Shown in pieces: positions 38,842-51,807 of a DNA stretch of 64,000 nt. Position numbers and translations under genes: made by a program. How positions within the stretch are numbered: position 1 is the stretch's first letter; every line of letters begins with the position of its first letter. The notes beneath the pieces are model-generated. The model was not told where the DNA came from. It worked only from the letters and a program-made list of their open reading frames with translations, and did no database searches. Origin of the DNA: Chlorokybus atmophyticus (taxonomy: Eukaryota; Plantae; Mesostigma and Chlorokybus algae); assembly GCA_009103225.1 (NCBI GenBank), contig RHPI01001037.1:248001-312000 (forward strand), in the 5' to 3' direction.

Positions 38842-39241
38842 TGTAACAGCCACTAGGTCATCGTAGCAAAAGCGCTACAATGACAAGAGGCGTCAAGAGA
38901 TCATGAATTCATTTACTTGTATTTGGTACCGCATGACATTCCTCCCGGCATTAGCCCGCGGCGACCTATTCGCCCCATGCGGCCAGTACGGCATTGTACC
39001 AAGTCCGCGCGACTCAACGCGCAGCCGCGCAATAAGCAACTTGCACGTTTATCTGAATGGTTGAAATCATTAAAGTATGGTTGCCCTTCCCACCCATCCG
39101 CACGCAATGAGATTCGAACCCATACCCCGAGCTCGCGATACCAACGTAACAACCACTAGGTCATCATACAAAAAGCGCTACAATGAGGAGAGGCTTCAAG
39201 TATTTAAAAATTTATTCCTTTGTATCTGGTACCGCATGACA
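38842..39241 (-). mobile_element. Second TRIM (400 bp): 97-bp LTRs, PBS, PPT, near-perfect 5-bp TSD
   Basis: LTRs 38842-38938 and 39145-39241; TSD actgc/attgc; PBS TGGTATCGCGAGC; PPT gggaggaa. Confidence 0.88.
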
Positions 39242-39340
39242 ATTGCGTGCTGCATCCACACCCTTCTCATCAGCATGCCGCTGCGCCAGGTAAGATTCTT
39301 GCAGCAATACTGTGGCGCTTCTTAAAAACGTTGCCCAACC

Positions 39341-41641
39341 TGTTGAGAACTAGTGATGCGCCTAGTGTGTGTGTATTTGCCTCTTACATACAAGTGTGCA
39401 CACAGTAAGGACAAGTGCAACAAGCACGCCAACTATGAAGAGATCGTGCGACCCACTAAATTAAGCAGTATATAGTGTCTTATATACTATGCTACTAAGC
39501 ACTAGTCAACTCTAATCAACTCAGGTCAAAGTCAACACTAGTCAACACTAGTCAATGGTCAAAGTCAACGGTCAAAGTTAAAGTTGATTATGGTTGACCG
39601 TAACTGCCGTAACTCCTGTAACTCTCGTAACTCCCGTAACAATCAAGGTTAAGATGATCGTACCAACTACATGTAGGCGCCGCCTATATATGTACTTTCA
39701 ACAAGCTATAACATTTAGCACTCCCACGCGAGCAGCTTGACCTTGAACTCCAAGTTCTTCTCGCAAGCTTACCCATATTAACTTACTCCATTGAACACTC
39801 CCACGGATGTGTTGCTCCCACGGACTTGGTGCTTGTCTCCATGACACCATCCTTCTCCTCGTGCTGCCAGCAAGACTACAAGGTTCCAATACTCCTTGTT
39901 TCCTCCTCATAGTCGTCGCATCAGGTTCCACCACGCCACGCCTGACCTTGCTCAGGTGGTATCGAAGACTTCCTCAATGGCAAACTATGCTATAAACTAC
40001 ACTGCGCTCTCTACCTTAGCAATGCTGTAGCATAGTGTAGGCCGTGCAAGGGTTGATCAGACCCTTCTACCAAGGAAAGCACCCCTCCCATCTCCTGTTA
40101 GCTAGCTATACAACCCAGTCTTTGCATGCCAATCAAGTGAAGTGTTCTAACTAGTACCGCACACTTGTGTGTTACCAAAAAACAACCCCACAGCAATGCA
40201 ACCTCTAGTGTATGCAGCTCAACACCAGCAACTTCTCAGGCTAGCAGTAACTCTCACAGACCTTTATGTCTGCGACCTCCGTCTACGCACGTCCATCACG
40301 CGCCCTTGCAGTGGGAGAGGACGGACGAACACCATCCATTGCAACTTCTTAAGGTCCTCACCAATGTTACAAAGCAATCGCCATTGTGGCGTGCTCCTCC
40401 TTGGTTGCCTCATCGTGGATCCTCTTCTGGCACTCGCGAATGAAGTGGCCCTTCAGCTTGCAGTAGTGACACTCTTCGTTACGTGATGGCTTCCCACCAC
40501 CTGCTTTGCTCCTGCTTCGTGTGTGTTGAGAAGATAAGGCAGCAAGTGCGATAAGCTCTCCACCATCTTTTATCTCCTGAACATCCAACTTGCCTTCCAC
40601 AGCTAGCAGCTTAGGCACTACATCAGCAAACTTCAAAACCACATATGAGGACTCAAACACAGTTACTAGCGTAGCAAAGCTCTTTCCTAAGCCAGTTTAG
40701 ACTGCCCACATCACCTCCTCTTCCTTCACATTATGGCCCATTGCTGCAAGGTCTTGCCAAAGCTCTCTTGCACGCGAGATGTACTTTTGGATTTGCTCTT
40801 TGTGCTCCCTCTTTAGAAGTGTCAGCTTGCGTCTCAGCTGCAACTTGCGCGAGTTGCTGTTGGCCTTGAAAAGGGTGTCGAAGACCTCCCACGCCTCACG
40901 TCGAGTCTTGCAATACGCAACATGAGGGAGATGGAAGTCTTTGACGTGCAAGCCTATCAGCGCAAAAGCTGATTGTGAGTTCTGTGTCCAGGTACCAGTG
41001 TCACATGTTCTTAGCCGCAATTGTGTGAAAGAGGTTGGGTCGACTAAACTACGAAGTTTCTTGCGGATCAGCACCAACTTCATCTTCAGCAATTATGAAG
41101 CATAGTTGTGCAGGTTAAGGGACTCGATGGGCATCCTATCCGTGTTAGCCATTGCTTGCTACACAATAGTACAACTCACCCTTTCCCCAAAAACACTCTA
41201 CTAGTAGGCGCCTATGCTCAACACTTTCTCTCACTAGCACAAGCGAGTGTGGGCCCATAAATGTTGAGAACTAGTGATGCGCCTAGTGTGTGTGTATTTG
41301 CCTCCTACATACAAGTGTGCACACACTAAGGACAAGTGCAGCAAGCACACCAACTATAGAGACAATGTGCGACCCACTAAGCTAAGCAGTATATAGTGTC
41401 TTATATACTATGCATGTAAGCACTAGTCAACTCTAGTCAATTCTGGTGAAAGTCAACACTAGTCAACACTAGTCAATAGTCAAAATCAACGGTCAAAGTC
41501 AACGTTGATCATGGTTGACCATACCTGCCGTAACTCCCGTAACTCTCGTAACCCCTGTAACTATAAAGGTTAAGCTGATCGTACCAACTACATGTAGGCG
41601 CCGCCTATACATGTACTTTCAACAAGCTATAACATTTAACA
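39341..41641 (-). mobile_element. Internally deleted Ty1/copia element (gag retained, most of pol deleted), 380-bp LTRs
   Basis: LTRs 39341-39720 and 41262-41641; PBS ttatgggccca; gag AFALIGLHV...EAWEVF...QKYISRARELWQDL; knuckle CHYCKLKGHFIREC. Only protease, GAG-pre-integrase and RNase H tail relics remain. Confidence 0.88.
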
Positions 41642-43309
41642 TAGTCAAGCCCGCAAAGGCTCGAGAGCGGACTGCATAAGAGCACACCCTATAAGCACTA
41701 TAATTGCTTATGACATGGAAAACCCACAAGTCCCTTCGTTCTAACGTAAGTAGGGTACAGAGAATGACTTTTGCCAGCCTTACAGGCGTGACAAACTTAG
41801 TAACAAATTACGCGACCTTTGGCAAAATAATGTGTAATGGTACGCGTACATCAAGCAGTTGTTAATGATACGTTGAAAGTACGTGAAATTGTACGGTATT
41901 GGGTCAAAATAGGTCATTTTTGTAAATGACCGCAAAGAGCGCAGCAAACGGCCTTCGATGACGTGCCGCGCGCGCGACCTTCCACGTGGCGGAGTAGGAC
42001 GCGGCAGCGCCGTGCGACCCACCTCACCTATTAGCACTGCAAGTAATAAAGCATCTATAAAAAGTGTTATGATATTACATAATAACATGTTTGGTAAAGC
42101 ATTACCATTAGAATGACTTTGATCATGTCATAACATTGGTGGATTAAACACTGTATTATATTGCATTGTGATGTACAATGAGTTGCCCATCGCTTGTGAG
42201 CACACATATCGCATTAAACATTATTGATATATATCAGTATTACGCTTGAATAAGATATGACATGTGTATTGGATGACATATTGTGAAAAGAACACGAAAT
42301 GCGCACTTTACACACGTACTTTGCATGCATATTTTGCATACTAAGTACTAGTACACGTACTGCGTAAATTGTAACTATGGTGACAAAGCGTTGGTAGTGA
42401 GTTGCAAGTAGACGGACTGGAGCAAAAGGGGCGCGGGCATGGCCAAAGACTAACCAGTAGACCCACCACAAAGCCGGTGAGCGCCCAAGGCTCAGCGGAG
42501 TAGGACATAGTAGTACAAGTAGAACAGCGATAGCTTTGTATGCAAAACTAGTGTACTAGCTCATAGGGGTTTTATGCGCGAACCAGTCGTTTGCGGGCCA
42601 ACCGACCATGTTGTTGTGATGTAACATTATTGCGGATGGTCCGGCGAGATTAGACCACCGATGCCTTGGCGCCCTTAGCCGAACGGCCTGGTTCGATTAT
42701 CGGATTAGGGCTTGCGTGCCCCACGGCCTGCTAATTAGGGCAGCACTGGTACGCACGTGGTCCGCGGCATGAACCAAGGCTGGTGGCAGCTCGCGCGAAC
42801 CAACTCAACAAAGGAATGACAAGCTGTAGTCTACCCCCGTTACCAAAATTACGTTGATCGTGGAGCTTTTCATGCCACTAACGGGGTTATCTTTTTGCGT
42901 TTAAAGAAATATATTTTTTTTTTACCTTCATGAAATTCCTTTAATGGGGGTCTTGCCAGGAAAGCGCCTGAGCGTTTTCAAGAACGAAATGCTATTCACA
43001 AAGTGTGTGCAATTCACATGTATATCTCTAGCATTGTGAGGTTTACGTACATTAAGTGATTAATAGCATACAATGTAGTAGACTATGTAACAGCATGCAT
43101 CCGCAAAGCGTTATGATACAACAAGTGTTTGTATGCATGTATGTTGGCGCGCATGCATGCATAAGTATTTAATAAAGCTGCTTAAATGTGTATATGAGCA
43201 TATTGCATTGCACATTTATGCAAGAGCAAGCAGCATAGACCTGCGAGGCCATTACCACTAATACAAGCATTGCAGACTGCACTTGTGCCAGCATGGTATG
43301 CACGCTACT

Positions 43310-45430
43310 TTAATGCAATTGGCTCAGCGAGCGTGCCACTTGTGCTAGCATCCTGTCTAAGAGCACTCGCAGTGCAACAGTTCTGTATGGTGGTCTAATG
43401 ACCAGCATCATACAGCTGATGCTTGATGCCACATTGCGCAGCTGCCGTAAGGTGAGCTTACAATGCTCTGAGATGGGGCAGTCTTTGGTGCCGATGAAAG
43501 CCTCCACATCATCCGAGAAACTCATATATGCGGCCACTGTGATGTGTGGGGGTACTTCCTGATCATCATTATCATCCACAACACACTGCATTGTAAGTGC
43601 CCATGCATACACAAGCAAACACACACACTGCAAAGAGATCCCGCACCTTCAGTATCATTAGGCTCAGTGGTGGACCCCTCAACGCCTCTTATGCTTTAAA
43701 GGTTGTCTTCAATTTGCTCAGCTTCGGTTGGGAGGGTGTTAGCGATGTGCACAAACTTAGCCGGGGAGAGCACTTTCACACGTGGAATGGAAAGACGCTG
43801 CATGATGTCCCCAATCTCTTGTACAGCAGCCTGCTCGAGTGCGTCAGTGTCGGGAGTGAGCGCGTGCTAAGCAGGAGGGGTGATGACGCTCTTCCTCTAA
43901 TTATTCAATATTATGATCGCAATGAGCTGCCTATACGCCTAGCGACACCATGTGATTGCTTCCCTCAGCTGCATTGTCATCGTGCGCACATTGGTTGTCG
44001 GGTCGGCATCATATTGCTGCAGCAAGTACGCAACAAGCTTGCGCTTGTATTATCTACGAACAACTTAAGAAAGCACTACGTATTCCAACGAACAAGGGGG
44101 GTCTCGGGGGTCCCCCCCTCCCGATTTTCTGCAAGTTTTTAATATCCAAACTCGGTTTGTATCATGAGCAATGCACCAGCATACATGGCCTTGAACGCAG
44201 CAATAATGCCTTTGTCAAGAGGTTGAATATTGCTGGTTGTGTTGGGAGGCAGGAACAAACACTTCATGGTGTCCACCTGCAGCGTCTTGAACCTTTCTCC
44301 ATGCCCGTGACCCTATACTTGCAGGTGTGGGTGGAAGAATTGTTGAGCAACAATAACACATTGCGCTTCTGCAGCTTTATCTCAAAGTTGAAGTTGCAGA
44401 GCCAGCGAGGAAAGATCTGAACGAGACAATGCTAAGTCACACAAGAACTTACAATTACACGTGTGGACTTGTAGATTGCACTAACAGACTTGCCAACTAG
44501 CAACATTGCCAAACATCTTACCTAAGCCTACGTCCAAGCCTTCAAGTTGTTCTCGTTCTCCACAACAATGTGGATGGGAGTTCATGTGCTCCCAAAAGAC
44601 CTAGGCCTTTTCTAAGTACCAATAAGCCAAAGGGAATACTTCATGGAGCCAGCGGCATTCACATAGAATACTATCGTGAACCTATTCTTCTCTCTCCTCC
44701 CCCTGTCAGTTCTTCACTTGCAGTGACCAATGTGCGATATGGATGAGCACGGTAGAACACCCCGCTCTCATTCATGTTAAAGGTGTTGGTAGCGCCAAAC
44801 TCTGGCAAGTCAGCTCGGGTCATGTTGACTCCTTCTTTATCTGCATCATTGGCTTCCCCATGCAATGGTGTAGAAGAGATGCCATGATGCTTCTTGAATC
44901 AATGCACCCGCTGTTGAAGGTTAAGCATATGAGGTTTGCTAATATATTATGCTTATAGTACATATTAAAGGTTAAGCATATGAGGTTTGCTAGTATAGTA
45001 TGCTTTCAGTACAGTGAGCTTGTTGATGTGACTTGGACCATGTGCGGCGGTTACGCAATGGGAGATACAGTCAACATAAGTTACGGGAGTTATCAGAGTT
45101 ACGGTCAACTTTGACTTTGACCATTGACTAGGGTTGACTAGGGTTGACTTAAACCCTTGACTAGTGTTGACGAGAGTTGACTTTAACTAGGTTTGACTAG
45201 TCTTTTCTAGTGTTGACTAGCTTAGTATATAAGTCATTGTATGTGGCGCATACAGGTGGAACTGCAACAGGAACATACTTCTCTTTGTTGTTGACATGCT
45301 ATTGCACGCGTTATTCCCCTAGTGTGAGCACATGTATGAGGTAGGGTGCATACATGCACACTAGTTTTTAAGAAAGGCGATTTGTTCACCTACATCATGC
45401 TGAACTGTAGCAATCTTCGCCTTACCGCAC
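43310..45430 (-). mobile_element. Decayed pogo/Tigger-like transposase with an inserted solo LTR
   Basis: FKKHHGISSTPLHGEA; FNMNESGVFYRAHPYRTL; KRNVLLLLNNSSTH; MKCLFLPPNTTSNIQPLDKGIIAAFKAMY at about 44180-44280. Confidence 0.85.
44912..45373 (+). mobile_element. Solo LTR (copia-related family 2)
   Basis: Reverse complement of 61113-61607, including the same internal duplication and TTGAC ladder. Confidence 0.8.
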
Positions 45431-45504
45431 CACCACACGCGCCCAATAAATAATACATTCCTGCATCCACACTCCCTGCAACTGCCGTTTTAGACGAAGA
45501 TCAT

Positions 45505-45599
45505 TTATAGGTTGTTGAAAGTACATGCATAGGCGGCGCCTACATGTAGCTGGTACGATCAGCTTAACTCTTAAAGTTACGGGAGTTACGAGAGTTACG
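45505..45599 (+). mobile_element. Fragment of the 380-bp copia LTR
   Basis: ttgttgaaagtacatgcataggcggcgcctacatgtag...gttacgggagttacgagagttacg is the reverse complement of about 39620-39715. Confidence 0.85.
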
Positions 45600-46499
45600 C
45601 ACCGCGAGCGGATGTCGACAGCGGGCGCCCGCCGCCTCGGCCGGACGCCCTCCCCAGGCGCACACGCGCGCGCGGCCGCCGCCTTCCGTGATCGGGATCG
45701 ATATCTTCCGTCCGAAGGACCATAACACCCGCAGTGCGGGGCGTAGCGCGTCTCGGTCCCTAAGCACGCCGCACGGGCCCCGCACGGGCCGGGCTGGTCG
45801 CGGTCCGGGACCCTGCTTCCAGCCGAAAGGCCCGCATTCAGAGCGGCCGGGGTGGGCACGTTATTCAACCAGCCGACCACACACGTACCTCTGACACTAG
45901 GCAAGTACCTTTTTCATATATCATTCACGTACGTATTAAAGCCGCACATGCGGCTATTACATTTGTCTATGTCACATTCGCAACAAGCATGTCTTTTATC
46001 AAGCAGTGCAGTTCGGCGTCATCTTAATGTGTGTTGCTAAGACTTTTATGCTGCACATTGCATGTGTTGAATGACAACATGTATATTTGTATGTATTTAT
46101 AATAATGGATATCATACATATTGATCGATTCTCAAATTGACAAAGTCAATTTTAATGATGTGCTTTTGAGTTCTACATCATCACTGTACCTTGTATAATG
46201 TACATGGCCTAAGCTGCATAGTCAAGCTAGACCCGAAGTTGCAAGCTAAGCACGAGGTGAAAGGGCAGGGGGAGGTTGCGATTATATAGAAGTGGTAATG
46301 ATGAAGTCGTGTACAATTCATCTTTATATTTAATGCATAAGAAGCTGCTTCAATATCTCGCGTATCTTTGCTCTTTTGTGGCCTCCATCTACAGCTGTGA
46401 ACCATTGCTCGCGAACCTGCATACGAGTACGACAATTACGTCTTCATTTGGTATGGTTTACAAATGCTTGACCCACTCACAAACCATAAGCATAAATTG

Positions 46500-47400
46500 C
46501 ATTGCACCTGTGTGGCATTAAATAAGTGCATGCTGCTCGGGCCAGCGGTGGTCTTGCGTAAAAATTCATGCAAGTAATGCATATGGCTCGCAATCATCAT
46601 TATTGGATTGTGGCAGCACTTGTACACTCAACATTATTACTTAAATGCAAAGAACTTAACATGTCAATTGACTAGTCAACTTCACGCTAACAGAAGATCT
46701 TTCACACACACCTCGGGCTCGAGGATTGGCATATGATCTGCAGCAAACCGGTTGCCGCTTATGTACCCTCGCGTCTTTACCCACATGTGTTCCAACCATT
46801 CTCGCACGAGAATATCACCTTGCTGTTGAATTCCTCTTCGAGAGCCCAAATGTACAAAGAATGGGTGACAAGCAGCGTCTTGTGTTGCTCCCGGGTTGCA
46901 CACAATCATCATTGACCAGTGCACACTGCAATGCAGAAACGATCAAAGTTTTTAAAATACATAGCTCATCGTCACCCTGAACTGTAAGTATTGATATCAA
47001 GCAGCTTACTTGAGTAGATTGGCAGGGATAACAAGGATGTCAACATCAAACAAATCGCGAAGCCAATGGCTGACATCCTTGAAGTTGCAATTGGTCTTTG
47101 TAATTTGAGCAAGTTTCCAGTACAGACTGGTTAAACACGTGTGCACCATGGGCTTGCGCTGTGCATCCACAACCTCTTCAAGCAAGTACCTGTGGTACAG
47201 CATGTCCGAATGCAGTAAATCTTGTTTTCGGTTTGTTGTCGTACCTGCAGTAGAAGTCGACGAGCGTAGCATTAATCTAATTACCGTTTTTTAGCGTATC
47301 CACACCGTGCTGAGTTATCTCCATGCAGTTCACGACATCATCAAATGGATATCGAATGAAATGCGGATGCGCTATCCTAGCATGATCACCAGTAGCATTG
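46500..47400 (-). pseudogene. Ulp1/SENP-family (peptidase C48) SUMO protease domain
   Basis: RYPFDD..MEIT..VDTLKNGN*IN..VDFY; LYWKLA...VSHWLRDLFDVDILVIPAN; HWSMMIVCNPG...FFVHLGS...REWLEHMW; QSNNDDC catalytic Cys motif. Confidence 0.75.
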
Positions 47401-50400
47401 GTAAGATTAATTGGGTCAACTACCGCTGCTTTTCGTGTATACTTGACATCAGGCTTAGGCTCTCGCTCCGGCTCGCGCTCCACCTCTTATTTCGGCTCGC
47501 GCTTTAAGTCTTGCTCCAGTGCCCACTTGAACTGAGGACTTGAGTCGCGTTCCGATTGTCGCGCTTGGCTGCGCTTGGGCAAGGCTGAAGCGTTGCGTCT
47601 GATAAACAATCTACAAGTTATATAAGTGCGCATGTTGTTGAGCATTATCTGAAAAAGGTATAACATCATAAATATATACCTGATTCTCTCATTATGCACA
47701 CGGGACATCGCAATGTCGCGATCAGCCGGGTCAAGGTGATCGAATGCGCGCTCAATGTAGATGTTAAACTTGTCTTCGACATACTTGCGTTTGGATGGAA
47801 CCTATAAACCTATAAACCTATCAATGAAGTGTTCATATGTAATGCGTTACTTACAAGGCTGATGATGTGGTTTGTGCTACTGTCCCAAGTTATGCAATAT
47901 ATAACTTGCGACACATACCGTCCATATACTTTGCAATGCGGCTCTGAGATGGTCTGCAAGCGCATTGATATGGCATTTCCAATCCGTGCTCACATGCTTG
48001 TTTTTGGCAATCTGCACTCGCATGCTCTTAAGATATTGGATGGCCTGTTTCTCTTTGTAAGCATTGCTGACATGGGATCAATGTTGGCTAATGAGCCAAA
48101 TAATCTCAAAGATAATGGGCTTGTTTTTGCATGTAGCGCGTTAACATTGGTGTATGCGTAGTTTGCTCGTCGTATTTAAGGATAACTATAGAATCAACCG
48201 TACTTGCTGTTCCATGTGTGTTTGCAATTTCCCTGACCCTCTTTGGTGCCAGGCACTATGTAGATGTTGTCCTTGCCCCATCTCGCCATCAACTTTATCA
48301 CAGGCAACTTGCCATTTGGTCCGGTATATATGAACTCGTTCCACAATGCTGCAATGTACAACGATCATCACAAGATATTGTTGCTCATGTGCCACTTCAT
48401 TAATGCCGTCGTTTAATTGATATACATATATTGTAATGGAACATGCACGTGTCATTATGAAGATCACAAGTGAAACGCACCTTGTACACTGTTTGGTGTC
48501 TTTGTAAAACAGTACAAGTCCCTCTGCTGCTCGGATGCCATCCACGATGTGGTTAAACGTGGCGTGCTCAAAGGCACGTCCCCCGCAATATCACTCGCCA
48601 CATTTGCTGCTGCCCCGGACCCGCTGCATTAAGGGTTGAAAGATTATTGAGTTGCACGTGCGCATTGTTGCCATTGCACAGACTCAGCTGTTGCAATACA
48701 AAATATGATACTGCTATGATCAATTTACATACCAGATGCAAATGTTTCATCGTGCCCCGATGTTTCAGGCTAGCCTACATACACATAATCAGTCCGATAT
48801 ACAAGAGTATGGTATGTGCAAGTGTTCAACGATGGCTATTGTATTGCACATTACGCTAGAGTTGATACCTGTGGGCTTTGCGCAATATGTACAATACGGT
48901 GTGCTCACCGGCTTAACACAGTTTTCGCAGAAGCGTTCACTGTTGCCAGCTGCTTCAGGCCAACCTGCATACACACAGTGAGTGATATGCAAGAGTATGG
49001 TATATGCAAGTGTTCAACAATGGCTATTGTATTGCACATTACATTAGGCTTGATGCCTGTGGGCTTTGCGCAATAAGTACAGTAAGGTGTGCTGGCCGGC
49101 TTAGCACATCGTCCGCAAAAGCTTCCACATGCATTGAGCGATGCTGCGTGCTGCGCTTTGTCTGGACGCTTTCCATGTGGTGATGTAGATGTTGCCGCTG
49201 ATGTAGATGCTGCCTTGGGCTGGGCATGATCCGATGTCGCGGCGGTTGATGATGCTTTAGGCTGCATGTGACTATTGGCTCACGTGCCGCCGCCGCGTCG
49301 GCCGATGCAATGTCGTTAGCGCAGTTGGAATGGAACCAAGCCATGCCTGCCGACGGCGGATATGTTGGAACGACGTGTCATGTACATTAGTTATTGTCGT
49401 AACTCTAGTAACGGTGCAAGAACGTACCAGTGCATTCCACAGTTTATCAAGCCGGTCATTGACATTGCGTGCATTTGCATGCATATCATTGCCAAGCTGA
49501 AGCAGATTGGTGGGCATATTAAACGGATTTCCAGCGCATTTAGTGCGCTAGTATGCGGACGCATGGTTTGGTACGCTTTCGGTATACTCCAGGAACTCAT
49601 CCCTAAAAACACTATTGTTTTTGTACGTGTCTACGTCCACATGCTATGTGCAAGTTGCGAAAACAACGTATTCTTGTGAAAAGAATAAGTAGTAAACATT
49701 GTTTACTTACGAGCAAAAGTGGTGATGCCCTTAACATGGGTGCGCAGGTGGCCATTCCTGTTGCCGAAAAGCTGCATGTTGAATCGTAATTTGTCGCATG
49801 TTCAACATGAACCTAGCAAATGCTTGGCCGGCAATCTCCTATACCATACATGTTAGTGAGTGCGATGTAATTCAGACAATCACATTGCAGCGTGCCGCAA
49901 TGTGCATAATGCACGCCAATAATAAGCCCGCTGTAATGCTATCAGCGATGCAGCCAGCGTGTTGATATCGTTGTGCTGGTTGCACCACATATACACAGGT
50001 ACAAGTGTTCTATTCTCGTTTTACCGGTTGGTCCTATAAACGCTATAATTGCTCTTCTAACTATGGGAAGATGTTCTTGGTAAAATTTACAGGCGCAGTT
50101 GTGCATGTGCGCGAGTGGATAGGAGACCGCGTATTAATTGGATGCCCGGTTAGGCATAAGCCTACGAAAGTCGTGCTGCCAGTGTAACTCATCACCATAC
50201 TTTTGTTGTCATATTTAGAGTGAAGCGACCTGCTTTGGCTATATCCGCTTGCATGATGCTGCGCATAATAAAAAATTTACGCTTGTTGATACAACATGTG
50301 CTGTTGAATTGCACATGTTGCACATGCGGCAACGTACCCGTGCACATTCAACTCCTAAGCAGCAAATTGCCGCATTGCATGTAGTGCTTTTGCAGTCTTG

Positions 50401-51414
50401 ACCTCGTTGCTCTGAAATACACCTTTTATGAACTGTTAACGTGCCTCCTGACTAATTGGAATGGTGTGAGAGCCGTCATTGTCTGCTAGGGAAGAGCAGA
50501 AAATAGGATACCTGTGTACGTCATTATCAGTTGGCAGTTGGCATTCACAACAAAAACATGCAATGCCATCACGCAACCCGCGTACCACTCGTCCTTTTTT
50601 GATAGATTTTGGGGTGCTTCTCCCTGAATATGATACCTATATCGTAACCAGTCACCAAGTGCGCTGATGGCATCCATTGCAGTGTCCATACCATGATACC
50701 ATAATGCGTAATCCAAGTGTCCCATCTTTGTTGCAGTAGTGTCATTATTAGTCGTTTTACTCATAATTTAACAATGTATTCAATACCAACGACAGTGCAC
50801 CTAATTGCGTTTGCTGTCGCGCGAGACAACACACAAGCAATAGATTGGATCTGGGCCTACAGCATAATTTCGAAGCCACATATCAACCAGATCGCTCAAC
50901 CGCATTGGGCGCGCGTCGCCTGCTCGTAACATGGCCTGCCGCATCAGCAGCATCGTCGCTTTGCGCAGCAATCCGATTAGCAATTAGCTACCTGCGTATC
51001 ATGCAGTAGCATGTTTGCTTTTGTTGTTGAAATTGCACTCACGACATTACGTGTACATATAGCCATCATACTCCAGTTTTATGTATGTTTCTCTAGACAA
51101 TCGCTTGTACGTAGATGAAAGGATTGCGTCAGCCGCGGTATTTCACAGTGGGTTCATTAGTGCTCTGTCAAAGGCACACAATGCATGTGTGTTGGTTTGC
51201 ATCTGTGTTACAACATGTATGCCACAGTTTCAGGTGACATGATAAACATGTACTCACTCTTTGCGCCGCTCTTTATCTCCCTCAAGGATTGTGCGGTTCA
51301 TGGTATGGATGACATCGTAACTGTGGTTTAAGATTGAGATAAAACTTGGATTGTAACCTCAACTTAGCATCTCGTAGCGCCGCAATATTGGCTTTCATTG
51401 ATTGCAGGGTCGAT

Positions 51415-51807
51415 TGGAAAGAACTAGTGTGCATGTATGCGCCCTACCTCATACATGCGCTCACACTAGGGGAACAACAAGTGAAATAGCATGTCAACAA
51501 CAAAGAGAAGTATGTTCCTATTACAGTTCCACCTGTATGCGCCACATACAGCGACTTATATACTAAGCTAGTCAACATTGCAAAGGACTAGTTGACCCTA
51601 GTCAAAGTCAACTCTGGTCAACACTAGTCAACGGTCAAAGTCAACTTTAGTCAACCATAGTCAATGGTCAAAGTCAAAGTTGATCATAACTCCTGTTGAC
51701 TGTAATTCCCATTGCGTAACCGCCGCACATGGTCCAAGTAATATCAATAAGCTGACTGTACTACAAGCATACTATACTAGCAAACCTCATATACTTAACC
51801 TTCAACA
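51415..51807 (-). mobile_element. Solo LTR (family 2) inserted in the Crypton-like gene
   Basis: gaactagtgtgcatgtatgcgccctacctcatac...gtcaa ladder...cttaaccttcaaca, colinear with 61113-61607. Confidence 0.82.

Noticed and set aside
42670-42705. Box-B-like ggttcgatt with an upstream tagccgaacgg
   Set aside because: Spacing is far too short for a tRNA-type promoter and there is no tRNA fold.
45800-45860. Hammerhead ribozyme suggested by ccgaaagg
   Set aside because: No CTGANGA core on either strand in the correct arrangement.
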